Notes under the pieces: generated by a model
The model's database searches: none
Told to the model about the DNA's origin: nothing
What the model saw: only the letters and a program-made list of their open reading frames with translations
Origin: Dehalococcoidia bacterium
Lineage (GTDB): Bacteria; Chloroflexota; Dehalococcoidia; Lucifugimonadales; Australimonadaceae
Direction: 5' to 3'
Length of the DNA: 51,782 bases
Assembly (NCBI GenBank): GCA_963579845.1
Contig: CAUZHS010000004.1
Span: 1-51,782 of the forward strand
Shown here: positions 19,207-28,152 of the stretch, piece after piece
Position numbering within the stretch: position 1 is the first letter of the stretch
How the letters are laid out: each line of letters begins with the position of its first letter
Translations under genes and position numbers: made by a program

Positions 19207-19230
19207 GAACTCCTGACCCCCTGCTTGCAA
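19207..19230 (-). other. Second, shorter tRNA-Ala-like fragment
   Basis: TTGCAAGCAGGGGGTCAGGAGTTC; 21/23 identical to 17476-17498. Confidence 0.6.
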
Positions 19231-19298
19231 TGTCCCGTTCGTATTGAGGATTCTAGATAGTTACGGGTAGCGTGGCGAATCAGGTAATGGAGTAACCG

Positions 19299-20624
19299 AT
19301 GCAGAGCTTAATGCGAGTCGATAGGAATCTTGTGGTTCTGCTCGGACTGCTGGTGCTGTCCCCATTTGTGATTGCAGCCTGTAGTTTAGCACCGGGGGCA
19401 CCTACACCCGATCTCCTGGCGACTGTGGATGCACGCGCTGCAGAAGAATTACAGTTGCAGGCGGAGGTCGACGCTGCGGTCGCTAAAGCCTTACAGGCTG
19501 CGGTAACACCGACGCCTGTGCCCACCGCCACCGCCACCGCCACCGCCACCGCCACCGCCACCGCCACCGCCACCGCCACCGCAACACCTAGCATCAACTA
19601 TCTGGAACGCGGATGGCAATATTCCGAAACTGAACAGTGGGAGAAAGCAATCGAGGCCTGCACCAAAGCTATGGAATCCCAACTAAGCGATCCAGAATCG
19701 TATGTGTGCCGAGCTATGGCGTATTCGGAACTATATAAATACCAAGATGCTCTAGATGACATGAATATTGCTATAAACCTTCCCCGCATCATCCCCAATA
19801 CACCTATAAGTTCGAATGATCCCGAGTCGGTTGAAATCATCTACCGTAAAGGTATGTTCACCGTCATTAGCTGGCTGTCGTTTGAATTAGGCTTACTTGA
19901 TGATGCAATCCTCAACATTGATCACTATATGGATGTTGAAAAAAATCTAACACCGGTTTCCGAAGTCGCAAGATATTCTGAGACGCAACAATCCATTCAG
20001 TGGCTAATAGAGGGGAATGGGTATTTAGCTTCCGGGCTATATGCAAAAGCCATCGAAAGTTTCACCGCATTTATTGATTGTTCCTGGAATGGACACCCAA
20101 CGGAGTACATTTTGGACCGGATATTCCCTAAAGGGTGTGGTGAGGGCCGCTATCCCCACAATATGTTTCTCAATGTGACGGAAGCCGACCCACAGGGATC
20201 ACACCCGGTTGGTTATTTCCTAAGGGGAATCGCCTTAGGAAGGTCAGGGGAATTTGAGACAGCCATCGCTGATTTCAAACAAGTCATCGAATTGGATCCA
20301 AACAATTCTCTAGGATACTCACGGAAAGCCTACGAACAAAAAGGGATCGCTTACGGTCGTCTAGGCGAGACCGAACGCGCGATCCGGGACTTTGATGAAG
20401 CAATCCATCTCGACCCGGAACACGCGGGTACCTATGCCAACAGGGGGTTCGCGTACTACAAGCTTGCCCAGTATGAGCGAGCTATCCAAGACTATGATGA
20501 GGCCATACGCCTTAACCGGGAGTTCGCCTACGCCTACTATCACAGAGGGGTGGCGTACCAGGCCATAGGGCTCTCTGAGGCAGCAGCCCACGACTTCGCA
20601 AAGGCCGAGGCGCTTCGTAATTGA
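19299..20624 (+). CDS. TPR-repeat lipoprotein with Thr/Ala/Pro linker
   Basis: Signal peptide with IAAC lipobox; TA-repeat linker; multiple TPRs (AIADFKQVIELDP, AIRDFDEAIHLDP, YANRGFAY). Confidence 0.85.
   Translation: MQSLMRVDRNLVVLLGLLVLSPFVIAACSLAPGAPTPDLLATVDARAAEELQLQAEVDAAVAKALQAAVTPTPVPTATATATATATATATATATATPSINYLERGWQYSETEQWEKAIEACTKAMESQLSDPESYVCRAMAYSELYKYQDALDDMNIAINLPRIIPNTPISSNDPESVEIIYRKGMFTVISWLSFELGLLDDAILNIDHYMDVEKNLTPVSEVARYSETQQSIQWLIEGNGYLASGLYAKAIESFTAFIDCSWNGHPTEYILDRIFPKGCGEGRYPHNMFLNVTEADPQGSHPVGYFLRGIALGRSGEFETAIADFKQVIELDPNNSLGYSRKAYEQKGIAYGRLGETERAIRDFDEAIHLDPEHAGTYANRGFAYYKLAQYERAIQDYDEAIRLNREFAYAYYHRGVAYQAIGLSEAAAHDFAKAEALRN
19524..19583 (+). repeat. Hexamer microsatellite (ACCGCC)x9 + ACCGCA
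   Basis: Perfect in-frame tandem repeat encoding (TA)10. Confidence 0.95.
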
Positions 20625-20881
20625 GCCCGCAGGCCAGCAAGGTCACGGTCTCCGACTTCAAGGCATCGCCCAAGTAGCCATCCGCTGTGAGGGTTTGGGT
20701 CTGTGGGCGGATGCTGTCGGATGCCTGGGGCTATAAAGGACCTTTGATTCCTTCCACTATGGCTGCAATTATGCTTCCTTTGGCTTTTTGCTGGTTGATC
20801 AGCAAATAGCCGAATACGCTGTCATACAAGGTGCCTGGGTCTAGAGGCTGTGAGAGCGACTTTCCTTGAGAGCCACTTCTT

Positions 20882-21562
20882 TTACCAGAGACACCCTACT
20901 CGAGACTCCCTGGCCGTCTCCTCAAGCGCCACAAGCTCTTGAAGATGCTGGCCATCGCGTGTCCAGGCAAAGGCTAGCCCTTTTCTGATCAACTCGGCAT
21001 CGATACTGTCGCCGTTCTCGCGATAGAGATAGGCCAGCCGGCGATCGAAATTGTCAATGAGTCGCGGTCCATCCTCGGTCCGCACTCGATCTCCGGCCAG
21101 CCGCCTTAATTCGGCAGTTGCTTCTTCCGAGCAACGTTCTCCTGCTTCGGTAGCATTTATACCGAATAGGCGTACACGCAGACCACCGGAAATAACAAGC
21201 GTATCGCCGTCGATAACACGAGTGACCGCTATTGATGGGCAATCAGGACAGCTGAGGCCACGGGCCAGGAGATTAGGATCCTCGTTGAAGTAGCCGAAAA
21301 GCAAAGACCCGAACGGCACCACTGCCAACGCAGCCAGCACCTTCAAGGCCAAGCCCACGCGATGAGCCGCGCTCCCGAGCGATTCGGCTCGGATGAGCCA
21401 GTTCGCTGCAGCATACCAGGCCCCAAGCAATACCACCGATCCGAGCCCGAACTCAATTAGCAATGGGGTGTCATAGGCCAATCGCAAGTAGCAAATGAAG
21501 AGAGCAGCAATCCCTACAGAGGCGATGACTGCTAAGAGGAACCGAGTCTGGAGCCAGAACAT
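20882..21562 (-). CDS. Membrane-anchored thermonuclease (SNase) family protein
   Basis: N-terminal TM segments; VTRVIDGDT, VRLFGINATE, D.F.RRLAYLY, LIRKGLA, ARESRVGCLW; start uncertain (21562 or 21658). Confidence 0.85.
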   Translation of the reverse strand: MFWLQTRFLLAVIASVGIAALFICYLRLAYDTPLLIEFGLGSVVLLGAWYAAANWLIRAESLGSAAHRVGLALKVLAALAVVPFGSLLFGYFNEDPNLLARGLSCPDCPSIAVTRVIDGDTLVISGGLRVRLFGINATEAGERCSEEATAELRRLAGDRVRTEDGPRLIDNFDRRLAYLYRENGDSIDAELIRKGLAFAWTRDGQHLQELVALEETARESRVGCLW

Positions 21563-22037
21563 GGAGGGAGTGTAGCAGAGCCCAAAATTGTAACGTTGAT
21601 CTAGCAACCTAGTCGGAAGATCGCTACTTTGTTTGTTAAGGGCACCATCTGACGACACTCCGTGCTGATCACCCTCGGAGGAGGCGCTGCGACTACGGTA
21701 GTTCGCTGGCCGGTGGGCCAGTTTGGATGACAGTTACTAGAGATAAGGCCAGTGTGAGGTAGGGATGGGAGATGAGCCCCCCGTCGCGGCTAATCCCCCA
21801 CGGGACTCCTAGCCGGTACAGAGCGCTTGTCTCTGACGGCATCACGAATAGACATTTCTACTCAATGAATACTTTACTAAAGGCAACAGCGAATATTCCG
21901 GCTTCACTGTTTACGGATGGTTGAGTACTGGATCGCCTTTTTAAAGGGGTGTTTTCTGCGCGGCGGAGAGGTAACGCCGTCGGCCTAGCTGTAGCATCTC
22001 CGCAGGACGATGCCAGCCACTATATTCCTCCGCAAGT

Positions 22038-22535
22038 TCAGTGTGCTCCAGATTTTTTTGCGGGAGCAGCTTTTATTGTATCAAGTTTGGCCTGTGCTTC
22101 GGCCTGAGTTAACTTGCCGGATGTGACCATGGAATCGAGTTTAGATTCAATAAGTAGAAACGGAAGGCGCTTGCCATTGTGACCGTGTTTGGTGCGATGC
22201 TTCTTGGGCGGCGAGACCGAGATTGCAGCGAGTTTCGCATCCGCTTCCGCTCGTGTGAGTTCTCCGGTCGCGACAAGGCCATCTAACTTCACCCCGGCAG
22301 CATCCGTTTTCTTCTCGAGTACTGTTTCACGTAGGTCGCGCTTGGCTTGCGTTATAGCTTCGGCAACGACCTCGTGATCTAGGCCAAGGATATCGGCCAC
22401 ACGAGTAGCAAGGGCATTGGGCCCATCCTTACTGTCGGTCGCGTGTGCGGAAATCGTAGAAATTAAAGCAAGGCCGGCGACCAGTACAACGAGCAGAATT
22501 CCCCACTGCTTCTTCATTGGTTCGTTACCTCCCAT
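22038..22535 (-). CDS. Secreted hypothetical protein with repeated GxLTxxEA motif
   Basis: Signal peptide; LDGLVATGELTRAEADAKL and LDSMVTSGKLTQAEAQAKL internal repeat. Confidence 0.7.
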   Translation of the reverse strand: MGGNEPMKKQWGILLVVLVAGLALISTISAHATDSKDGPNALATRVADILGLDHEVVAEAITQAKRDLRETVLEKKTDAAGVKLDGLVATGELTRAEADAKLAAISVSPPKKHRTKHGHNGKRLPFLLIESKLDSMVTSGKLTQAEAQAKLDTIKAAPAKKSGAH

Positions 22536-23023
22536 AACCGATTTTCGAAAATTAGTGTCGCCTTATTGTAACTCTTGCTAGCATACGAACTTCGTCAAGT
22601 CTCCCGGTCGATACGAATTCATGATAGCACCTGCCTGCCAATCAGCCTTACTGAACTGATCCCATTAGAGCGATACCAATAAGACTTTCTAGGGAGTGCT
22701 TCATGAAGGCTTAGGTTCTGGGTCTGGAGCCAACGTTGGTCGTCAGGGCTGAATCCCAGTGCAGGCTGCTGAGGTACTAGCCGTATTTGCCTGCGTTCCA
22801 TCGCTTCCTCCGGTTATTAACCTGCGAATTGGTTCGCATCCACTCAGGGGTAAATTCGCTGAATGCTTGATTCGAAAGGTGTTACCCTTTGGGTTTTGAT
22901 TTCGTTGTAGCAGGGTTTTCCCGTCTTCAACATATCTCGATGCGACAGGGCATAAAAGGTAAGTTGGGAAGCGGTCAAGTGGCTCGCGTTAAGAAAATAA
23001 GGATGGCGAGGTAACTTCCGGTT

Positions 23024-24940
23024 ATGGCTTTCATCAGTATGCAAGGAATATCCCTTTCCTTCACTGGCATCCCACTTTTTGATGGGGTTAACTTAACTAT
23101 TGAGCGAGGAGAGAAGGTTGGCCTGGTAGGCAGGAACGGGTCGGGGAAATCAACGCTGCTGCGGCTGATAGAGGGAAGCACCAAACCAGACTCCGGAGCT
23201 GTAGCCCTCCAAAAGGGCATAATCACCGCCTATCTTTCACAAGAGGTGCCGCAAGAGTTACCCGGAACCGTGTTTGATGTAGTGGCCAGCGGGAGCAGAG
23301 AATACGTTGAACTGGTCAGACGGAATCCACGCGAAGGCGCCAGGTTGCTTGAGGAAGGCACGCCGCCTCTCCACGAAGGATCGGGCCATATCCACCATAA
23401 CTTAGAGACGGAAGATCTGTTGGATAAGAGGGCACAGGTCAACAAAAGCCTTTCGCAACTTGGGTTGGATGCTGGTTGCGCTTTCAGTTCTCTATCCGCC
23501 GGCCTAAAACGGCGAGTGCTCTTGAAGAGGGCACTCGTTGGTGAGCCGGATATCCTCCTCCTTGATGAACCAACTAATCATATGGATATTGATTCAATTA
23601 AGGAATTGGAACAGCTGATAGTTCGGTTTACGGGTGCCTTGATCTTCGTTACCCACGACCGGATGTTCTTGCAGAGAATCGCTACCCGGGTAGTGGAAAT
23701 TGATCGAGGCCGGCTGTTTGATCAGACCTGCGACTATGAGACATTCCTGGAACGGCGAAGCGCCGACCGCGAGGCAGAAGAGACGAGGAATGCTCTGTTC
23801 GATAAGAAGCTGCAACAGGAAGAGCACTGGATTCGGGGAGGGATCAAGGCGAGGCGGACGCGCAACGAGGGCCGCGTGAGGGAACTGGGGAAAATGCGCG
23901 AGGTGCGCAGGTCCAGACGGGACCAGCCCGGGAAAGTGAAGATGGAAGCGCAGGAGGCCGAGCGTTCCGGAACCTTGGTGGCCAAGGCTGACAATATCGG
24001 TTTCAACTATGGGGATACGCAGGTAATCTCAAAATTCTCCACCGCAATTCTGAAGGGCGATAGGATTGGAATTCTAGGCCCCAACGGCAGCGGCAAGACC
24101 ACTCTCTTGCGCCTTCTTCTTGGCATGCTCAGTCCCGTTACTGGAACAATCCGCCTCGGCGCTAACTTGAAAATCAGCTACTCTGACCAACTCCTTGACC
24201 AGTTGGACGAAACCAAGACGTCCATAGAAAACGTTGGCGACGGCAGTGACACAGTTACCGTTGACGGGAAAAACCGCCACATCCTTGGCTATCTTCAAGA
24301 TTTTCTGTTTTCTCCAGATCAAGCTCGCTCCCTTGTTTCTGTTCTTTCCGGGGGAGAGCGCAAGCGCCTAATGCTCGCCCGTCTCTTCACGCTGCCCTCC
24401 AATCTCCTGGTGCTGGATGAACCCACGAACGACCTAGATATCGAGACCCTCGACCTCCTTGAAGACCTTTTGATGAACTACACAGGAACGATTCTCCTCG
24501 TCAGTCACGACAGGACCTTCATTAACAACGTCGTGACGAGCACCATCGTTTTTGAAGGCGGCTCCGTCGTGAAGGAGTATGTGGGCGGCTATGATGACTG
24601 GTTGCGTCAGCGCCCTGAGGTAGCAAAACCGAATAGGGCATTTGCGAGCAGTCAAAGCGCCCCACCGGCTCAGGCACCCAAGACGAGATTGAAATTAAAG
24701 TCCAGCCAGAAAAAGGAACTGGATGCACTTCCCCAGACTATCGAGTGCCTCGAAAGGGAACAGCAGCAGTTGGCCCAGACCACGGGAGATCCTGGACTCT
24801 ATAAAAAAGGCAGGGCTGTTATTGTGGCCACGAACGATAGGCTAGAACAACTGAAAAGGCTTTTGGCTGAGGCCTACACACGGTGGGAACAACTGGAACA
24901 ACTTCGGGTAGATGGTGAAAACAGCAGGCTTGCAAAATAG
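23024..24940 (+). CDS. uup: ABC-F family ATPase (Uup-like)
   Basis: Two ABC cassettes (GRNGSGKST, GPNGSGKTT), WIRGGIKARRTRNEGRVR linker, C-terminal coiled coil ...YTRWEQLE. Confidence 0.88.
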   Translation: MAFISMQGISLSFTGIPLFDGVNLTIERGEKVGLVGRNGSGKSTLLRLIEGSTKPDSGAVALQKGIITAYLSQEVPQELPGTVFDVVASGSREYVELVRRNPREGARLLEEGTPPLHEGSGHIHHNLETEDLLDKRAQVNKSLSQLGLDAGCAFSSLSAGLKRRVLLKRALVGEPDILLLDEPTNHMDIDSIKELEQLIVRFTGALIFVTHDRMFLQRIATRVVEIDRGRLFDQTCDYETFLERRSADREAEETRNALFDKKLQQEEHWIRGGIKARRTRNEGRVRELGKMREVRRSRRDQPGKVKMEAQEAERSGTLVAKADNIGFNYGDTQVISKFSTAILKGDRIGILGPNGSGKTTLLRLLLGMLSPVTGTIRLGANLKISYSDQLLDQLDETKTSIENVGDGSDTVTVDGKNRHILGYLQDFLFSPDQARSLVSVLSGGERKRLMLARLFTLPSNLLVLDEPTNDLDIETLDLLEDLLMNYTGTILLVSHDRTFINNVVTSTIVFEGGSVVKEYVGGYDDWLRQRPEVAKPNRAFASSQSAPPAQAPKTRLKLKSSQKKELDALPQTIECLEREQQQLAQTTGDPGLYKKGRAVIVATNDRLEQLKRLLAEAYTRWEQLEQLRVDGENSRLAK

Positions 24941-25049
24941 AGGGTGCTAACCAGCGTAAAAAACACTAAGGCATACCCCTTGCTCATCACCACCACCTGC
25001 GATTAACAGCTATCACACGTAGACCACGGGTAGGGATCAGGGGCCCAAG

Positions 25050-25154
25050 GTACTCGGCCACTCTTAAATCTCAATCACTGCTGAGTACTACCAGGACATG
25101 GAGCGGGATCAGAAGCGTAAGGCAATGAATTCGCTGGCGGGACTGGGCACCTAA
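25050..25154 (+). pseudogene. C-terminal remnant of a tyrosine integrase
   Basis: VLGHS*ISITAEYYQDMERDQKRKAMNSLAGLGT*, matching the LGH..I..T..Y catalytic tail but with an internal TAA. Confidence 0.65.
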
Positions 25155-25162
25155 GAGGGTGC

Positions 25163-25235
25163 CGAACCGTTGACCTGCGGTTTGCAAATCACCGGAGGGG
25201 ATGTCACCGGTGTTGCTTTCAAATTGGCTTTCAAA
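25163..25235. other. Degenerate tRNA-like fragment plus GCTTTCAAA x2 direct repeat (att/arm-site remnant)
   Basis: Reverse complement GATTTGCAAACCGCAGGTCAACGGTTCG at 25163-25190; GCTTTCAAA at 25215-25223 and 25227-25235. Confidence 0.5.
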
Positions 25236-25376
25236 CTAAAGTCGGTTGGGGTAGGGCGGCCTATATTTAGACAACGGAGGGTGCCCTTGCGATTTTAGGG
25301 AACTGATACGGACGCGATCCAACCAGCACACGGGAACAGTGACCGACGGAACCACCGATAAAGGTGTGACTAATAC

Positions 25377-25865
25377 ATGGGCGACTTCATCAACCACAAC
25401 TCAGCACTGTTCATCGCCGTGGGCGTTTTCGGCATCATGGGCATGTTCGCATGGGAGCGCCGCCGCAGCGCCAAGGCCCTAGTTGTCATTGCGGGCATCA
25501 CGTTGGTACTCGTGGGCGGTTATTGGACGTCAAGAGAGGGGCCGTCCAACGTCGCGACCATCGCCGAGATGGATGGCATCCTGAGCGCTGGAACTCCGGT
25601 GGTGATGGAGTTCTACTCAGATACCTGAATCCTCTGCCTAAGCAGCAAGCGTTCGGTGGACGCCATGGAGGTTGATCTAGATGGCAAGGCCGTCATCATT
25701 CGCCTGAACTTGGGTGAGGATGTCGGGAAGCGGGCCGCACGCAGGCTGGGCGTGAGCATTACTCCGACGTTCATTGTCTTCGCAGCAGATGGCCGCGAGC
25801 ATTACCGAGAGAGCGGCCCACCCGACATAGAACGCCTGAAGCGCGAGGCTCTCTCCCTCGGGTAA
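25377..25865 (+). CDS. Membrane-anchored selenocysteine thioredoxin-like protein (UxxC), 162 aa with U84
   Basis: Two N-terminal TM helices, then PVVMEFYSDT-TGA(25626-25628)-ILC...ITPTFIVF; joins track ORFs 25377..25628 and 25656..25865 in one frame. Confidence 0.9.
25631..25671 (+). promoter_or_regulatory. Candidate bacterial SECIS hairpin
   Basis: Upper stem GCGTTC-ggt-GGACGC (25649-25663), lower stem CCTCT/GGAGG. Confidence 0.55.
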
Positions 25866-26124
25866 GGGCCTCCTACTAGTGTGTAGGGTCACTGAGGTGG
25901 CTCGCGGCCCCCTTTTAGATCCATGGGAGCCCCCTCAGAGACCGCATACAGTACCTTCAGATATCAGCTTTCTGCGAGGGGGGGCCAAACGGAGTGATTC
26001 GTCTCTACTCCGCACGGGTTAGGTGGTTCACCTGTTGGCGATGGTAGGTTTTGCTACCTGGACGGCGATACCTATGGCTGGCGTGGGTTATCCTCCGTGC
26101 ATCTTGGTATGTGGGAGAGGCACA

Positions 26125-27039
26125 ATGAGTGAGGGAGAGGATGTGGCATTGGACGCGGCGATGGAACAGGGCCTGCGGACGACCCCGCCGATGGATGTGG
26201 AAGTTTCGGCGAGGTTGCTGCTGGAGGCGAGGGAAATCTTTGCTGCGCAGGGGGTGACGTTCTTTCTGCGGCAGGGGACATGCCTCGGAGCGATCCGCGA
26301 CCATGCGTTCATCCCGTGGGACGACGACATCGATATCGGAAGCATCGTGGGGCTGCACGGGTTCGATGAGAGCATGATTGAACCGTTGGTGGACGCGTTT
26401 AGGACTCGTGGGTTTCACGTGAAACGGGACCAGTTCTCTGGCGAGACCTGGTTGGGCCTCATGAAGGACAACATCAGGATTGATTGGTTGTGTTTACGTG
26501 TGCGGAAGGGGCATGTCGTGCACTTCCCGGGCGTGCGGTTTCCGATTGGCTTATTCAAGGATCTGCGGGAGATTGATTTCCTGGGCCAAAAATTTTTGGT
26601 GGCGAACCCGCCGGAGGAGTACCTGCGAATCAAGTACGGACCGACCTGGATCACGCCCAACCAGCTGAGCTATGGCAAGGAGGTAATCGAGAACCTCCCC
26701 GCGGGGCCGATGCCGGGACACCCGAGCCGGTTGACCCAACGGGTGTTGATGTGGGTTTTCCCGGGTCGCGTTGTAAAGCTGCGGGTACTTGATCAGCAGG
26801 GAGTGCCGGTGCTCGACGGCGAGGTGTTCGTTGCTGCGTGGGGGACGTACAGGATGGATGGCGGAGGATACGTGAGGCTGTGGGTCCCACAGATTGACGT
26901 TTACGCGCTGGTGGTTCGGGGAGGTGGCAGGGAGGAAGTGCTGTACGAGGAGGAACTTTCCCCCGGTAAGACCTACGAGTATCGACCGGATGAAGCGATG
27001 ACGTCGGGGCGCATTTTCGTGCTGGCTGAGGTCGTCTAG
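26125..27039 (+). CDS. LicD-family nucleotidyltransferase-fold protein with C-terminal beta-rich extension
   Basis: GTCLGAIRD..FIPWDDDIDIG, PPEEYL..KYG..W; start set at MSEGED. Confidence 0.85.
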   Translation: MSEGEDVALDAAMEQGLRTTPPMDVEVSARLLLEAREIFAAQGVTFFLRQGTCLGAIRDHAFIPWDDDIDIGSIVGLHGFDESMIEPLVDAFRTRGFHVKRDQFSGETWLGLMKDNIRIDWLCLRVRKGHVVHFPGVRFPIGLFKDLREIDFLGQKFLVANPPEEYLRIKYGPTWITPNQLSYGKEVIENLPAGPMPGHPSRLTQRVLMWVFPGRVVKLRVLDQQGVPVLDGEVFVAAWGTYRMDGGGYVRLWVPQIDVYALVVRGGGREEVLYEEELSPGKTYEYRPDEAMTSGRIFVLAEVV

Positions 27040-27144
27040 GCCGCGCTCAGGCTGGGTTGCGATGGCTTTGCCGACGGGCTTATACCGATCGCCTGATGCG
27101 CCCGGTATATAATCGCTTCTCAACCGATACGCAAGGAGGAAGGC

Positions 27145-27999
27145 ATGGCGACGAGCACGCAGTATTCCGAGGAATCCACCAAGGGTGTGCAGGATTTGGG
27201 TTGGACCAAGATTGGGTATAACGACGCGGGGACGAACAACCCGCCGGTGATCTTGCTGCATGGCGCTGGCGCTGGCGCGAGCTCATGGAGCAACTTCGTT
27301 CTCAACTTTGGCTATTTCGCAGAGCACTACCGAACCATTGCCATGGACCAGCCAGGCTACGGCAAGTCGGACCCGTGGGTCGCGGATTCGGAGCCACGCA
27401 ACACGGCCAACGCGCGCGCCGTGAGGGACCTGATGGACAAGTTGGGCATTGAAAAGGCGAGCCTCATCGGCAACTCGATGGGAGGAGCCACTGCCCTGGC
27501 CTTTGCGGTTGACTACCCTGACCGGCTCGCCAAGGTCGTGCTCATGGGCAGTGGCGGTGGTGGCCCGACCCTCTTCGCTCAGCAGCCTTCCGAGGGAGGG
27601 AAGGCGCTGCAGGCCTGCTACTTCGAGCAGTCCTTTGAGACCTTCCGCAAATTTTTCGATATCATGCTCTACAACGGTAAAGCGGTGTCGGACGATGTGC
27701 TGCGCGCCCGGGTCAATTCGATTAGCGAAGCGCACTTGGAGGCGTGGCGTCAGTCCCGGGGCGGACCCGTGCGCAACCTGTTCAGTGAGCTGCCGAAGGT
27801 GACCGCGCCCACGTTAATCATTCAAGGGCGCAACGACCGAGTGGTGGCGCCGGAGTCGGCACTCCAGCTTCTTTCGGTGTTACCGAACTCCCAACTACAC
27901 ATGTTCAATCGGTGCGGTCATTGGGTTCAGTACGAGCACGCCGACGAATTCAACGCCATGGTGATAGATTTCCTTAAGAATGACCAGCCGGCGGCATAA
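27145..27999 (+). CDS. Alpha/beta hydrolase, meta-cleavage-product (BphD/MhpC/HsaD-like) C-C hydrolase
   Basis: LLHGAGAGASSWSNF, GNSMGG nucleophile, GRNDRVV, CGHWVQYE. Confidence 0.85.
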   Translation: MATSTQYSEESTKGVQDLGWTKIGYNDAGTNNPPVILLHGAGAGASSWSNFVLNFGYFAEHYRTIAMDQPGYGKSDPWVADSEPRNTANARAVRDLMDKLGIEKASLIGNSMGGATALAFAVDYPDRLAKVVLMGSGGGGPTLFAQQPSEGGKALQACYFEQSFETFRKFFDIMLYNGKAVSDDVLRARVNSISEAHLEAWRQSRGGPVRNLFSELPKVTAPTLIIQGRNDRVVAPESALQLLSVLPNSQLHMFNRCGHWVQYEHADEFNAMVIDFLKNDQPAA

Positions 28000-28152
28000 G
28001 GCCAGCCTTTAGCTCAAAAGGAGGCGGGATAGATCGCTGCAGGTGATACTTTGGGAAAGCCTATAACTCTGGGTTCACGTCGAGGAAAAAGGTGATTCGC
28101 GTGGGCCCAGAGTTATGGGCGAGCGGCACGGGTAGCCTTAGGAGGCGGTGAG

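Larger units (their letters stand above)
16108..25240. mobile_element. Decayed genomic island(s) downstream of selC
   Basis: Visibly more AT-rich; unrelated cargo genes; tRNA 3' fragments; 12-bp-period direct repeats at both ends; integrase remnant at the far end. Confidence 0.65.

Noticed and set aside
19280..19682. Poly-VA and poly-Gly ORFs
   Set aside because: Alternative-frame readings of the ACCGCC microsatellite
24940..25376. Duplicated selC 3' end (attR) closing the island
   Set aside because: No copy of ttcgactcccacgcactccc seen by eye; the fragments present resemble other tRNAs
2445..25628. Alternative genetic code (UGA = Trp or Gly) as explanation for the in-frame TGAs
   Set aside because: Many genes here end normally at TGA and use TGG for Trp; in-frame TGAs occur only at redox-Cys positions, and the TCA tRNA has Sec architecture
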